Shown here in pieces: positions 23,827-33,140 of a stretch of DNA of 64,000 bases. The DNA lies in assembly GCA_965197745.1 (NCBI GenBank), contig CBDANS010000005.1, forward strand, positions 352,001 to 416,000, in the 5' to 3' direction. This DNA is from Opitutales bacterium (GTDB taxonomy: Bacteria > Verrucomicrobiota > Verrucomicrobiia > Opitutales > PNEW01). Made by a program: the position numbers and the translations under genes. Under the pieces are notes generated by a model that did not search any database, was not told the origin of the DNA, and saw only the letters and a list, made by a program, of their open reading frames with translations. The first letter of the stretch is position 1. Every line of letters starts with the position of its first letter.

Positions 23827-24312
23827 ATGCGATTACATAATCTACCAGCCAGTGATGGTGACAACATTGCAAGAAAACGTATCGGACGCGGTATGGGTTC
23901 CGGTCATGGCAAGACAGCCGGAAGAGGAGCAAATGGTCAGAATTCGCGATCCGGGGGCGGTGTTCGACCCGGGTTTGAAGGGGGTCAGATGCCACTCTAC
24001 CGCAAACTCCCGAAACGAGGATTTAACAATATAATGTTCAGGGACAACTACGCGGTAGTAAATATCGGGGATTTGGCAAAAGTTGAAGATGCTGACGTAA
24101 TTAATCGTGAAATTTTGATCAAAGCGGGATTAATTCGTCGTAATTCAAAGCGGGTCAAGATTCTAGGAAAGGGCGATCCCCAAAAAGCAATGAAAGTAGA
24201 GGCAGATAAATTTTCATCCTCTGCCCAAAAAAAAATTGAAGATGCCGGTGGTCAGGCGATCATAACAGACTCTGTCCAGGAGTCACAAGCTGAAGACAAG
24301 AAGGATAAATAA
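23827..24312 (+). CDS. rplO: 50S ribosomal protein L15
   Basis: GRGMGSGHGKT, FEGGQMPLYRKLPKRGF. Confidence 0.99.
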   Translation: MRLHNLPASDGDNIARKRIGRGMGSGHGKTAGRGANGQNSRSGGGVRPGFEGGQMPLYRKLPKRGFNNIMFRDNYAVVNIGDLAKVEDADVINREILIKAGLIRRNSKRVKILGKGDPQKAMKVEADKFSSSAQKKIEDAGGQAIITDSVQESQAEDKKDK

Positions 24313-24350
24313 GAAAGCGCTGTAGTCGCATGAGAAGCTTAAATTAGGCA

Positions 24351-25850
24351 ATGATTTCGGCCTTTACCAATTGCCTTAAGATACCGGAACTAAGGCAGCG
24401 AATATTATTAACGCTCGGGTTAATTTTTATTGCCCGCATTGGTGCAAATATACCGCTTCCTGGTCTGAATCCTCTACCCTTACAAAGTTTTTTTGCTGAT
24501 CAAAGTGCGGCTGGAGGGGGTTCACTGGTGGGACTCTACAATATGTTCACAGGGGGGGCCCTATTAAAAGGTGCTGTTTGCGCTCTTGGGATCATGCCCT
24601 ATATCAGCGCCTCTATTATATTTCAACTAATGGGTGCTGTTGTTCCTACGCTCGCTCGTTTACAACAGGAGGGAGATGTGGGCCGTCAAAAGATTGCCCA
24701 ATACACTCGATACGCAACCGTCGGTATATGTCTTGTTCAGGGGTTCCTTTTAATTACGGCCCTGGAAAACCCTCAGCGATTGTTTTCAGGCTTCAGTACC
24801 GCCGAATATGGGAACATCGTTTTGGTTAATCATGGGTGGTTTCTCTTTAATTCTGTAATTCTGCTGACAGCCGGGACCGTTCTTCTGATGTGGCTGGGAG
24901 AGCAGATAACCCAACGCGGAATTGGCCAGGGTATTTCACTGCTTATTACCGTGGGCATACTCGCTGACCTTCCTGCTTCTGCTGCGCTGACTTACCGCAT
25001 GTTTTTCGCACCCGTGGGGGTAAAGAGTCTGGGCATACCTGAAGCGATTCTCATGATTGCCTTACTGTTTGCCGCTATTGCGGGCATTGTAGCCATAACC
25101 CAGGCACAAAGAAAAATACCTGTCCAATATGCCAAACGTGTAGTCGGGCGCCGTGTTTATGGAGGGCAGAGTTCCTTTCTTCCCTTGAAAGTAAATTATT
25201 CCGGGGTTATGCCGGTTATCTTTGCCAGCGCTATTCTCCTTTTCTTTCAGCAGATTTCAAGCTGGGCCGGGGCGGCTACCGGCTGGCGATTCATGTCTGA
25301 TTTTTCCGGGCTGTTTGTATTTGGCAGTTGGCCCTATTACTTTACCTATGCGACACTTATTCTTCTTTTCAGCTATTTCTGGGTGTCCGTTATGTTTAAA
25401 CCAATCCAGATTGCCGATGATTTAAAAAAATATGGTGGTTACATTCCAGGCGTGCGTCCAGGTGAGCCGACCGCTAAGTTTCTTGATTATGTAATGACCC
25501 GCCTCACCCTTGCCGGGGCAATCTTCTTAACCATAATTGCGGTTTTTCCAGATTTTCTTCTCTATACTTACAATATACCTTATCAGGTAGCTCAATTTTT
25601 CGGAGGCACCGGCATGCTCATTACCGTTGGGGTATTATTGGATACCTTAAGACAAATTGAAACATTTCTTTTACAACGCCATTACGACGGGTTTCTCAAA
25701 AAAGGCCGGATTCGGGGTCGCAGTGTCGGTCGCACCCGCCAGCTTGTTGATACTACAGAATTAAAGAGTGTTGGCACCTTGTGGATTGCTTTAGGCGTTA
25801 TGTTTATCGGTGGAATGATTGCCTGGTTCGCGCAACGTGTATTTGTTTAA
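24351..25850 (+). CDS. secY: Preprotein translocase subunit SecY
   Basis: LGIMPYISASI, WLGEQIT, GVMPVIFA, IPGVRPG, FGGTG. Confidence 0.99.
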   Translation: MISAFTNCLKIPELRQRILLTLGLIFIARIGANIPLPGLNPLPLQSFFADQSAAGGGSLVGLYNMFTGGALLKGAVCALGIMPYISASIIFQLMGAVVPTLARLQQEGDVGRQKIAQYTRYATVGICLVQGFLLITALENPQRLFSGFSTAEYGNIVLVNHGWFLFNSVILLTAGTVLLMWLGEQITQRGIGQGISLLITVGILADLPASAALTYRMFFAPVGVKSLGIPEAILMIALLFAAIAGIVAITQAQRKIPVQYAKRVVGRRVYGGQSSFLPLKVNYSGVMPVIFASAILLFFQQISSWAGAATGWRFMSDFSGLFVFGSWPYYFTYATLILLFSYFWVSVMFKPIQIADDLKKYGGYIPGVRPGEPTAKFLDYVMTRLTLAGAIFLTIIAVFPDFLLYTYNIPYQVAQFFGGTGMLITVGVLLDTLRQIETFLLQRHYDGFLKKGRIRGRSVGRTRQLVDTTELKSVGTLWIALGVMFIGGMIAWFAQRVFV

Positions 25851-25950
25851 ATAAAATAGATGTTATTGAATATAGCATCAGCGTATTTATTTAAACCGAC
25901 TTCTCTCATTTATTTTAAGGCAATAGCACTATAATACGGACTGGATTATA

Positions 25951-26718
25951 ATGATACCCATTAAGAGCGAATCGGAAATCAGGAAAATGCGTGAAGCCTG
26001 TCAAATGGCTGCACAGGTTCTGGAAAAGCTCTGTACCCAGGCAGCTCCGGGAGTCTCTACCTATGATCTCGATCAAGCCGGTAAAGAATTGATCGAGGGT
26101 TATGGAGGAAGTAGCGCTTGCTATAACTACCGTGTTGGAAACAGCAGCTATCCAGCCTATACCTGTATTTCTGTTAATGAGGAAGTAGTCCATGGAATTG
26201 GCTCAATGAAACGCGTATTAAAGGCCGGAGATAATGTAACTATTGATGTGGTCGTTTCCTACAACGGTTATATAGGCGATAATGCCAAAACCGTACTTAT
26301 AAAGCCGGTGAGCGTGGAAATGGAACACTTGGTCAACTCCACTGAGGGTGCCCTGTTTTACGGGATAAAACAAGCGAAGGCAGGGAATCGGATAGGAGAT
26401 ATTTCTCACTCGGTCCAAAGTTACATTGAATCGCGCGACCTTGCCATTGTTAAAGATTTCGTGGGTCACGGGATCGGACGCTCAATGCATGAGGAGCCGC
26501 AAATTCCAAACTTCGGGCGGAGTGGCACTGGAAGTAAGCTTAAAACCGGTATGACCCTCGCCATAGAGCCGATGGTTAATCTGGGAAAATCCGAGGTGGA
26601 GGTTGCTGCTGATGGATGGACAGCCTTGACGCGCGACCGATTGCCTGCCGCTCATTTTGAGCATACTATTTTAATTACACCTAAAGGACCAGAAATATTG
26701 ACAGTTGCAATAATTTAG
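25951..26718 (+). CDS. map: Methionine aminopeptidase type I
   Basis: CISVNEEVVHGI, GHGIG, HEEP, AIEPM, AHFEHT. Confidence 0.98.
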   Translation: MIPIKSESEIRKMREACQMAAQVLEKLCTQAAPGVSTYDLDQAGKELIEGYGGSSACYNYRVGNSSYPAYTCISVNEEVVHGIGSMKRVLKAGDNVTIDVVVSYNGYIGDNAKTVLIKPVSVEMEHLVNSTEGALFYGIKQAKAGNRIGDISHSVQSYIESRDLAIVKDFVGHGIGRSMHEEPQIPNFGRSGTGSKLKTGMTLAIEPMVNLGKSEVEVAADGWTALTRDRLPAAHFEHTILITPKGPEILTVAII

Positions 26719-26794
26719 CTTTTAAATTGCCTCTTTTTTATTACTTTAGCCCACTTACCCCATATCTAATTTTCAGTTAATTTTATAAATAATT

Positions 26795-27193
26795 ATGCCA
26801 CGCTTACTTGGAGTAGAAATTCCAGGAAATAAAAAACTCGATTTCGCCCTTAGATATATCTACGGAATCGGTCCCAAACTCGCGCGAGATATAGTTGAGA
26901 GTACCGCTCTCGATCCTGATCGACGCGCACACGAGCTGTCTGAGGAGGAAATCAATAAAATTGCCGGTGTCATAACGGAAAAAAAATTGATCGTTGAGGG
27001 CGATCTCCGCCGCGATGCAATGGCAAATTTAAAGCGCCTGCAGGCTATTAATTGCTACCGCGGTCTTCGTCACAGACGAGGATTGCCCGTCCGTGGTCAA
27101 CGCACGCAAAGTAATGCTCGGACCCGCAAAGGAAAACGAAAAACCGTATCGGTTAAGAAAAGAGCTGAAGAATCAGATAAAAACATTTCATGA
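26795..27193 (+). CDS. rpsM: 30S ribosomal protein S13
   Basis: [20 protein letters not shown]. Confidence 0.99.
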   Translation: MPRLLGVEIPGNKKLDFALRYIYGIGPKLARDIVESTALDPDRRAHELSEEEINKIAGVITEKKLIVEGDLRRDAMANLKRLQAINCYRGLRHRRGLPVRGQRTQSNARTRKGKRKTVSVKKRAEESDKNIS

Positions 27194-27777
27194 GCGAAGA
27201 TAAATCAGAAGATAAATCGACCCCTGAGGAAAAGAATAAGACGGCGGCTCGGGATCAGAATGATTCGGGTGAAAGTAAAGATTCTAAAGCCGAAGCTAAA
27301 AATCAGGGCGCTTTGGAGGAAACTGGCGAAGGTGACGTGGGTGAGGGCAAACCCAAAGCTCCTTCGGCTGATGATTTGCTTCGGGATGAGTTGTCGGATA
27401 TAAAAGTCCGCAGAGCCAAAGGTAGTAAAAACATTACCAACGGGATTGTTCATATCCTGGCTACTTTTAATAACACTAAAGTCACTTTTACTGATCAACG
27501 GGGAAATGTGATCTCATGGTCGAGCGCGGGAAAATGTAATTTCAGAGGATCGCGAAAATCAACCGCTTACGCCGCTCAAATTGTCACTCAGGATGCTGGT
27601 CGTAAAGCCATATCTCATGGCCTGCAAGAAGTCGCTGTTCATGTCAAAGGACCGGGCTTAGGTCGAGATTCCGCTATTCGCGCCCTACAGGCACTCGGTT
27701 TAAATGTAGTATCTATTCTTGATGTGACACCCGTGCCCCATAACGGTTGCAGACCACCCAAAAGGCGGCGCGTCTAA
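27190..27777 (+). CDS. rpsK: 30S ribosomal protein S11 with N-terminal extension
   Basis: [37 protein letters not shown] overlap with rpsM. Confidence 0.98.
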   Translation: MSEDKSEDKSTPEEKNKTAARDQNDSGESKDSKAEAKNQGALEETGEGDVGEGKPKAPSADDLLRDELSDIKVRRAKGSKNITNGIVHILATFNNTKVTFTDQRGNVISWSSAGKCNFRGSRKSTAYAAQIVTQDAGRKAISHGLQEVAVHVKGPGLGRDSAIRALQALGLNVVSILDVTPVPHNGCRPPKRRRV

Positions 27778-27826
27778 AAAAGTTTCAACGGATACTATTT
27801 TGCATTCATTTATAAAATAAAATATA

Positions 27827-28435
27827 ATGGCACGTTATACAGGTCCAACCATAAGAATAAACAGGCGCTTTGGTCAGGCAATTTTCCCTCCGAGCAAAGC
27901 TTTTGAAAGAAAACCCCATCCACCGGGAATTCATGGGCCGCGCTTAAGGCGTAAATTTAGCGACTTTTCATTATCACTCATCGAAAAACAGAAACTCCGT
28001 TATATGTATGGGTTGACCGAAAAACAATTTCGCCTGACCTTTGAACGTGCGAAAAGAAAACGGGGCATTACTGGAGAAGTCTTTCTGCAGATGTTGGAGA
28101 CCCGTCTCGATAGTGTTATCTACCTGCTTGGTTTCGCCAAAACACGCCGTCAATCGCGTCAGTTTGTAAACCACGGGCACATCAAAGTGAATGGAAGGAA
28201 AGTGGATATACCCAGTTTTCAGGTTAACCCTGGCGACGAGATTGAAGTAAAAGCCAGTACCTCTTCCCGGCAACTTGCAACGCGCAGTATTGATGAAACG
28301 CGTGTGCGCGCTACATCTGCATGGATGACCTCCCACGAAGATTCATTGCGAGCAGAAATCAATAGACTTCCCACTCGTGAGGAGATGGAACCTGGCATAA
28401 ATGAGCAACTTATAGTTGAGTATTACAGCCGTTAG
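27827..28435 (+). CDS. rpsD: 30S ribosomal protein S4 (Zn-free form)
   Basis: MARYTGP, EKQKLR, LETRLD, LIVEYYSR; no Cys. Confidence 0.99.
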   Translation: MARYTGPTIRINRRFGQAIFPPSKAFERKPHPPGIHGPRLRRKFSDFSLSLIEKQKLRYMYGLTEKQFRLTFERAKRKRGITGEVFLQMLETRLDSVIYLLGFAKTRRQSRQFVNHGHIKVNGRKVDIPSFQVNPGDEIEVKASTSSRQLATRSIDETRVRATSAWMTSHEDSLRAEINRLPTREEMEPGINEQLIVEYYSR

Positions 28436-28442
28436 CGATCAT

Positions 28443-28477
28443 TGGGTTGGGATCTTCCCGACCCATTATGTTTTTTT
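28443..28477 (+). terminator. Intrinsic terminator-like hairpin between rpsD and rpoA
   Basis: TGGGTTGGGA-TCT-TCCCGACCCA 10-bp stem followed by TTATGTTTTTTT. Confidence 0.55.
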
Positions 28478-28510
28478 CTACTAAATTAACCCATAAAAAG
28501 GGTCAGTACA

Positions 28511-29512
28511 ATGCCAATTAGATTAGCAAAATTCGAATTACCGAAGCGCTTGATGAAGGATGAGGAATCTGCGACCGACACATACGCCATGTTCACTGCC
28601 GAGCCATTTGAAACGGGCTATGGCCACACCATCGGGAATTCACTACGCCGCGTTTTACTTAGTTCTATTGAAGGAGCAGCAATCTCTTCTATTAAAATTG
28701 ACGGGGTCAGTCATGAATTTCAGAGCATCGATGGAATAGTGGAGGATGTAACAGATATTGTTCTTAATCTCAAGAAGGTCCTCATTATATCCCACAAGCG
28801 GGAGTCGATCAAACTTCTGATTGATGTCGAGAAATCAGGTACCGTTACTGCTGCCGATATTCAAGAGGATGCAAATATCGAGATTGCAAATCCAGACCAG
28901 ATTATCTGCACCATTGATAAAGAAAAACGTTTCCTGGCTGAACTCGAAATAAAGGTTGGGCGCGGTTATTGTCCGGGCGAAGAAAATAAAGAACCCGATC
29001 AACCGATTGGCGTTATCGCTATTGATTCACTTTACAGTCCTGTAAAGCTGGTGAAATACAGTGTTGAAAATACCCGAGTCGGTCAGATGACTGATTTTGA
29101 CAAACTCATCCTCGAAATATGGACTGACGGGCGTATTAATCCGGAGGACGCATTAAAGCAATCGGCATCTATTCTTAAGCATCATGTCGATATTTTTGGC
29201 CGCGTGAGTGAAGGTAATATCGAATTTGAAAGCGAGCAGACAGAGGTGAGTGAAGAACAGAATAAACTCCGCAAGTTGCTCAACATGAGCGTTAACGAAA
29301 TCGAGCTATCCGTCCGAGCGGCCAACTGTCTGAATAATGCGAATATTACCACGGTTGGTGAACTGGCGATGAAAAGTGAACAGGAAATGCTTAAATACCG
29401 CAACTTCGGTAAGAAATCCCTGAATGAAATAAAAGCTAAACTGGAACAGCTGGGGCTTTCCCTGGGGATGAAAATCGATGAACGGCTGCTGGAAAACCGA
29501 ACCGACGTATAA
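28511..29512 (+). CDS. rpoA: RNA polymerase alpha subunit
   Basis: GHTIGNSLRRVLLSS, TRVGQ, LSVRAANCL, RNFGKKS. Confidence 0.99.
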   Translation: MPIRLAKFELPKRLMKDEESATDTYAMFTAEPFETGYGHTIGNSLRRVLLSSIEGAAISSIKIDGVSHEFQSIDGIVEDVTDIVLNLKKVLIISHKRESIKLLIDVEKSGTVTAADIQEDANIEIANPDQIICTIDKEKRFLAELEIKVGRGYCPGEENKEPDQPIGVIAIDSLYSPVKLVKYSVENTRVGQMTDFDKLILEIWTDGRINPEDALKQSASILKHHVDIFGRVSEGNIEFESEQTEVSEEQNKLRKLLNMSVNEIELSVRAANCLNNANITTVGELAMKSEQEMLKYRNFGKKSLNEIKAKLEQLGLSLGMKIDERLLENRTDV

Positions 29513-29539
29513 TTGATAATCCCAAATTTAGCGATATAG

Positions 29540-30265
29540 ATGCGACACCTTAAGCATCGTCAGACTCTCGGAGTAACGAAAGCTCACCGCACCGCGATGA
29601 TGGCAAATATGGCATCATCGTTAATTGAACATGGAAGAATTCAAACAACTCTGGCTAAAGCTAAAGCGCTTAGACCTTTTATTGAAAAAATAATAACGCT
29701 CGCAAAAAAAGCACAGAACGTCCAACCGGAGCGCGCGATTTACCTGCGTAAACTGGCCATTTCCCGTTTGCGCAATAAAAAAGCGGTAAACCAGCTCTTT
29801 AATGAAAGAGTAAACGAATTTCTCAATCGGGCCGGCGGCTATACGCGTATCTACAAGCTGGGCGCGCGCGTAGGAGACGCTGCAGAGGTTGCTCTTATTG
29901 AGCTGGTAAACGCTTCAGATGAGGGATACGCAAAATCCAGGCGCAGAGGAAAAGCGAAAAAACAAACGGCAGCCAAGACCAAACAAGCCCCAGCGATTGA
30001 GGAAAGCAAAGAACCCGTTGTTGATAAAGTAAAAGAATCTGAAACAACCACCGAAGAAAAACCAACCACCGAGAAAAAGTCATCCACCAGGAAAAAGACA
30101 GCGGTAAAGAAAAAGACGGCAGTTAAGAAGAAGACAACGGTAAAGAAAAAGACGGCAGCGGTGAAAGATGCCAAAGATGGAGCTTCCTCAAAAAAGAAAA
30201 CTAAGACGGTTTCTAAAAAGACAACGAAAAGTAAAAAAACAGATCCTAAGAAGAAGAAAAACTGA
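29540..30265 (+). CDS. rplQ: 50S ribosomal protein L17 with long Lys-rich C-terminal tail
   Basis: MRH, HGRIQTTLAKAK, GGYTRI, GDAAE in the first ~125 aa, then a low-complexity tail. Confidence 0.98.
   Translation: MRHLKHRQTLGVTKAHRTAMMANMASSLIEHGRIQTTLAKAKALRPFIEKIITLAKKAQNVQPERAIYLRKLAISRLRNKKAVNQLFNERVNEFLNRAGGYTRIYKLGARVGDAAEVALIELVNASDEGYAKSRRRGKAKKQTAAKTKQAPAIEESKEPVVDKVKESETTTEEKPTTEKKSSTRKKTAVKKKTAVKKKTTVKKKTAAVKDAKDGASSKKKTKTVSKKTTKSKKTDPKKKKN
30089..30160 (+). repeat. Four degenerate 18-bp tandem repeats encoding (R/K)KKT(A/T)(V/A)
   Basis: aggaaaaagacagcggta / aagaaaaagacggcagtt / aagaagaagacaacggta / aagaaaaagacggcagcg. Confidence 0.9.
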
Positions 30266-30293
30266 GTTTTTAAACCATTCCTTTATCTCTTAG

Positions 30294-30325
30294 AACGCGT
30301 CCTGAATAGGACGCGTTAATTATTT
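30294..30325 (+). terminator. Terminator hairpin ending the superoperon
   Basis: Perfect 10-bp stem AACGCGTCCT-GAAT-AGGACGCGTT followed by an AT-rich tail. Confidence 0.75.
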
Positions 30326-30407
30326 AAGCAATCGTCAATTAAAGCTACGCCACGAATATTATAAAATAATACTGCAGGAATAGCTGGAACTTCAGTAAAA
30401 TAAAAAA

Positions 30408-30641
30408 GTGTTTAGTGTAAATCTTGAAGTTTTCATTCTTATTTGCGTCCTTACAGGATTGGCGCTTATTTTTATTTTATGGCTATATTATGATCATAGA
30501 GATGTTATTCTTTATGAAGCTAAACGCACGAATGTTGTTTTTCATTGTATCAAGTGTGGCCATCTCTACACCGCGACAAAGGGAACAGAGATTGCGACAT
30601 GTCCCTCCTGCAGCTTTAATAATTCCCGGTTGAAGTTTTAA
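30408..30641 (+). CDS. Small membrane-anchored zinc-ribbon protein
   Basis: N-terminal hydrophobic helix, CIKC and CPSC motifs; ends 3 nt before guaA; GTG start uncertain. Confidence 0.75.
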   Translation: MFSVNLEVFILICVLTGLALIFILWLYYDHRDVILYEAKRTNVVFHCIKCGHLYTATKGTEIATCPSCSFNNSRLKF

Positions 30642-30644
30642 GCC

Positions 30645-32183
30645 ATGACACAAGTTATAGCGGTACTCGATTTCGGTTCACAATACACCCAGGTTATTGC
30701 TCGCCGTATTCGTGAGTGCGGAGTTTACTCTCGAATATATCCCTACGAGACAAAAACTTCTCAGCTGAAAAAAGATAATGTTGAGGGTATCATCCTTTCC
30801 GGCGGGCCGAGCAGTGTCTTTTCCAGAAACGCACCGATGCCCGATAAGAAGATTTTTCAAATCGGCATTCCCGTGCTTGGAATCTGTTATGGTATCCAGT
30901 TGATGGGGGCCCTCTTGGGGGGCAAAGTTGAGAGAAGTGAACAGCGTGAGTACGGCCACGGTATTTTAAAAATTAAAAAAAGAGGCATGCTTCTAAGAGG
31001 GTTGAGCGACCAGATACGTGTTTGGAATTCACATGGCGATAAAATGGAGCGTCTGCCCTCTGGTTTTCAACCGCTCGCATCCACGGAAAATTCCACGTTT
31101 GCGGTTATCGAAGATAAAGAGAGATATTTATATGGATTACAGTTTCATCCCGAAGTTTACCACACTGAGCAGGGGATAAAGATAATCCGCAATTTTTTGT
31201 ATAATATATGCCACTGCTCCGGCGACTGGTCGATGGCTGATTATATTAATAAAATGACCAGGGAGATTCGTGAAACTGTCGGTAACGAACGTGTCATATT
31301 AGGTCTGAGTGGGGGTGTCGATTCTTCCGTCGCTGCCGTTCTTATTCACCAGGCTATCGGTGATCAGCTCACCTGTGTGTTCGTCGACAATGGACTGTTG
31401 CGAATCAATGAAGGGGAAAACGTGGAACGCATTTTTAATGAAAATTTTCAGTCTAACTTGCGTATTATACGCTCTTCAAACCGTTTTTTAAAACGCCTTA
31501 AGGGGGTCATCAATCCTGAGAGTAAACGTAGAATAATTGGAAAGGTTTTCATCGAAGTTTTCGAAGAAACAGTGAAATCGATAGGAGATGTAACCTTTCT
31601 GGCACAGGGAACCCTTTATCCCGATGTCATTGAGAGCGTGCCTATCGATGGTAACCCTGCGGCCCTTATTAAAACGCATCACAATGTTGGAGGACTTCCT
31701 AAACGGATGAAACTTAAACTCCTCGAGCCGTTACGTGAACTATTTAAGGACGAGGTGAGAGAACTTGGTGAGGAGCTGGGTCTACCCAGGGAGTTAGTGT
31801 GGCGACAACCCTTTCCCGGGCCTGGTTTGGGGGTGAGAGTAATCGGTGAAATATCGCGTCCCCGCCTCAATATTTTACGCCGATCTGATGCCATTCTTAC
31901 CGAGGAAATGTTTAAAAGCGGCTATTATTACAAAGTTTGGCAGTCTTTTGCCGTATTTTTACCGGTTCGCACCGTGGGCGTAATGGGAGATGAACGAACA
32001 TACGAAAATGTCATCGCTTTACGTATCGTAAACAGCATGGATGCGATGACCGCGGACTGGACGCGCCTGCCGCATAAATTGATTCAAAAAATATCTACTC
32101 GTATCATTAATGAAGTCGAAGGGGTTAATCGAGTGGTCCTTGATGTCAGTTCCAAACCACCGAGCACCATTGAATGGGAATAA
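30645..32183 (+). CDS. guaA: GMP synthase (glutamine-hydrolysing)
   Basis: [40 protein letters not shown]. Confidence 0.99.
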   Translation: MTQVIAVLDFGSQYTQVIARRIRECGVYSRIYPYETKTSQLKKDNVEGIILSGGPSSVFSRNAPMPDKKIFQIGIPVLGICYGIQLMGALLGGKVERSEQREYGHGILKIKKRGMLLRGLSDQIRVWNSHGDKMERLPSGFQPLASTENSTFAVIEDKERYLYGLQFHPEVYHTEQGIKIIRNFLYNICHCSGDWSMADYINKMTREIRETVGNERVILGLSGGVDSSVAAVLIHQAIGDQLTCVFVDNGLLRINEGENVERIFNENFQSNLRIIRSSNRFLKRLKGVINPESKRRIIGKVFIEVFEETVKSIGDVTFLAQGTLYPDVIESVPIDGNPAALIKTHHNVGGLPKRMKLKLLEPLRELFKDEVRELGEELGLPRELVWRQPFPGPGLGVRVIGEISRPRLNILRRSDAILTEEMFKSGYYYKVWQSFAVFLPVRTVGVMGDERTYENVIALRIVNSMDAMTADWTRLPHKLIQKISTRIINEVEGVNRVVLDVSSKPPSTIEWE

Positions 32184-32269
32184 CAGGCTCTTATATCCTT
32201 AAAGACGGGTGATTTATAAATTAATTTTATAAGAACCATTTACTTTTATTTGGGTCTATATCTAAGAAT

Positions 32270-33031
32270 ATGATTCACGGAATAAGTAAAATTGCCTGTG
32301 CGGTAATTCTCCTTACAGGGTCGATTACGCCTATGTCTTCTTTGGGGGCAGAACCGACGACCGATCAAATATTGGCAATGGCCAGAGAGTATCTTGGAGG
32401 CGATGTCAATTTACGCGCTGTTCAGACGATTCAATTCCACGGTACATTTACTACTCAGGATAGTGAGGGGGAGAAGGGGGAAATCATTATTTACCTCAAG
32501 AAACCTTTTAAACAAAGATTGGATGTCATGCGCTTGAAAGAAGGGGTCACAGAGACAACGGCAATAAATAATATTGATGGATGGGTTCGCCGTTCCAACA
32601 ATAAAAATGACAGCGATTGGACGATTCGTATACTCAGTATGCTTGAGTTCAAACGCATGCGCGCCAATACTTTTGATAATTTAAATTTTTACCATGGGAT
32701 AGAAAAAATAGGGGGTTATATTACAAATAAAGGAAAGGTGCAAAAAGATGGTAAAACCGCTTGTCTCCTTCACTTTCAATATGACAATGAAATGTTTTAT
32801 GATCGCTATTTCGATATAAACACAGGGGAATTACTTGCCACCATTAATGACAAAGGCATTGAGATCAAAGATAAAGGAGAATTTATTGTCGACGGAATCC
32901 GATTTCCTTGTGAGCAAGTAAGCTATGAAAATGGGAAAAAGAAAAACACTTTGATCTTTGCCGAAATTATCATAAATCATCCAATGGATGATGATCTTTT
33001 TGAATTACCTTCATTAAGATACGGTAAGTAA
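32270..33031 (+). CDS. Secreted protein, possibly LolA-like (lipoprotein-sorting fold)
   Basis: Signal peptide, beta-rich body with YFDINTGELL and C-terminal DDDLFELP; family assignment by resemblance only. Confidence 0.6.
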   Translation: MIHGISKIACAVILLTGSITPMSSLGAEPTTDQILAMAREYLGGDVNLRAVQTIQFHGTFTTQDSEGEKGEIIIYLKKPFKQRLDVMRLKEGVTETTAINNIDGWVRRSNNKNDSDWTIRILSMLEFKRMRANTFDNLNFYHGIEKIGGYITNKGKVQKDGKTACLLHFQYDNEMFYDRYFDINTGELLATINDKGIEIKDKGEFIVDGIRFPCEQVSYENGKKKNTLIFAEIIINHPMDDDLFELPSLRYGK

Positions 33032-33140
33032 ACGGTCTGCTGAACATTTCAGATAGTAGCGCGGTGTTAAGATTGATCCGTCGCAACCCGAAAAATAATG
33101 TTTGCCCGTAATGGTGACAAACGATTAGACATCAAGACCT

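Noticed and set aside
33032..33140. Possible his attenuator upstream of hisD
   Set aside because: No His-rich leader peptide, T-box or terminator visible
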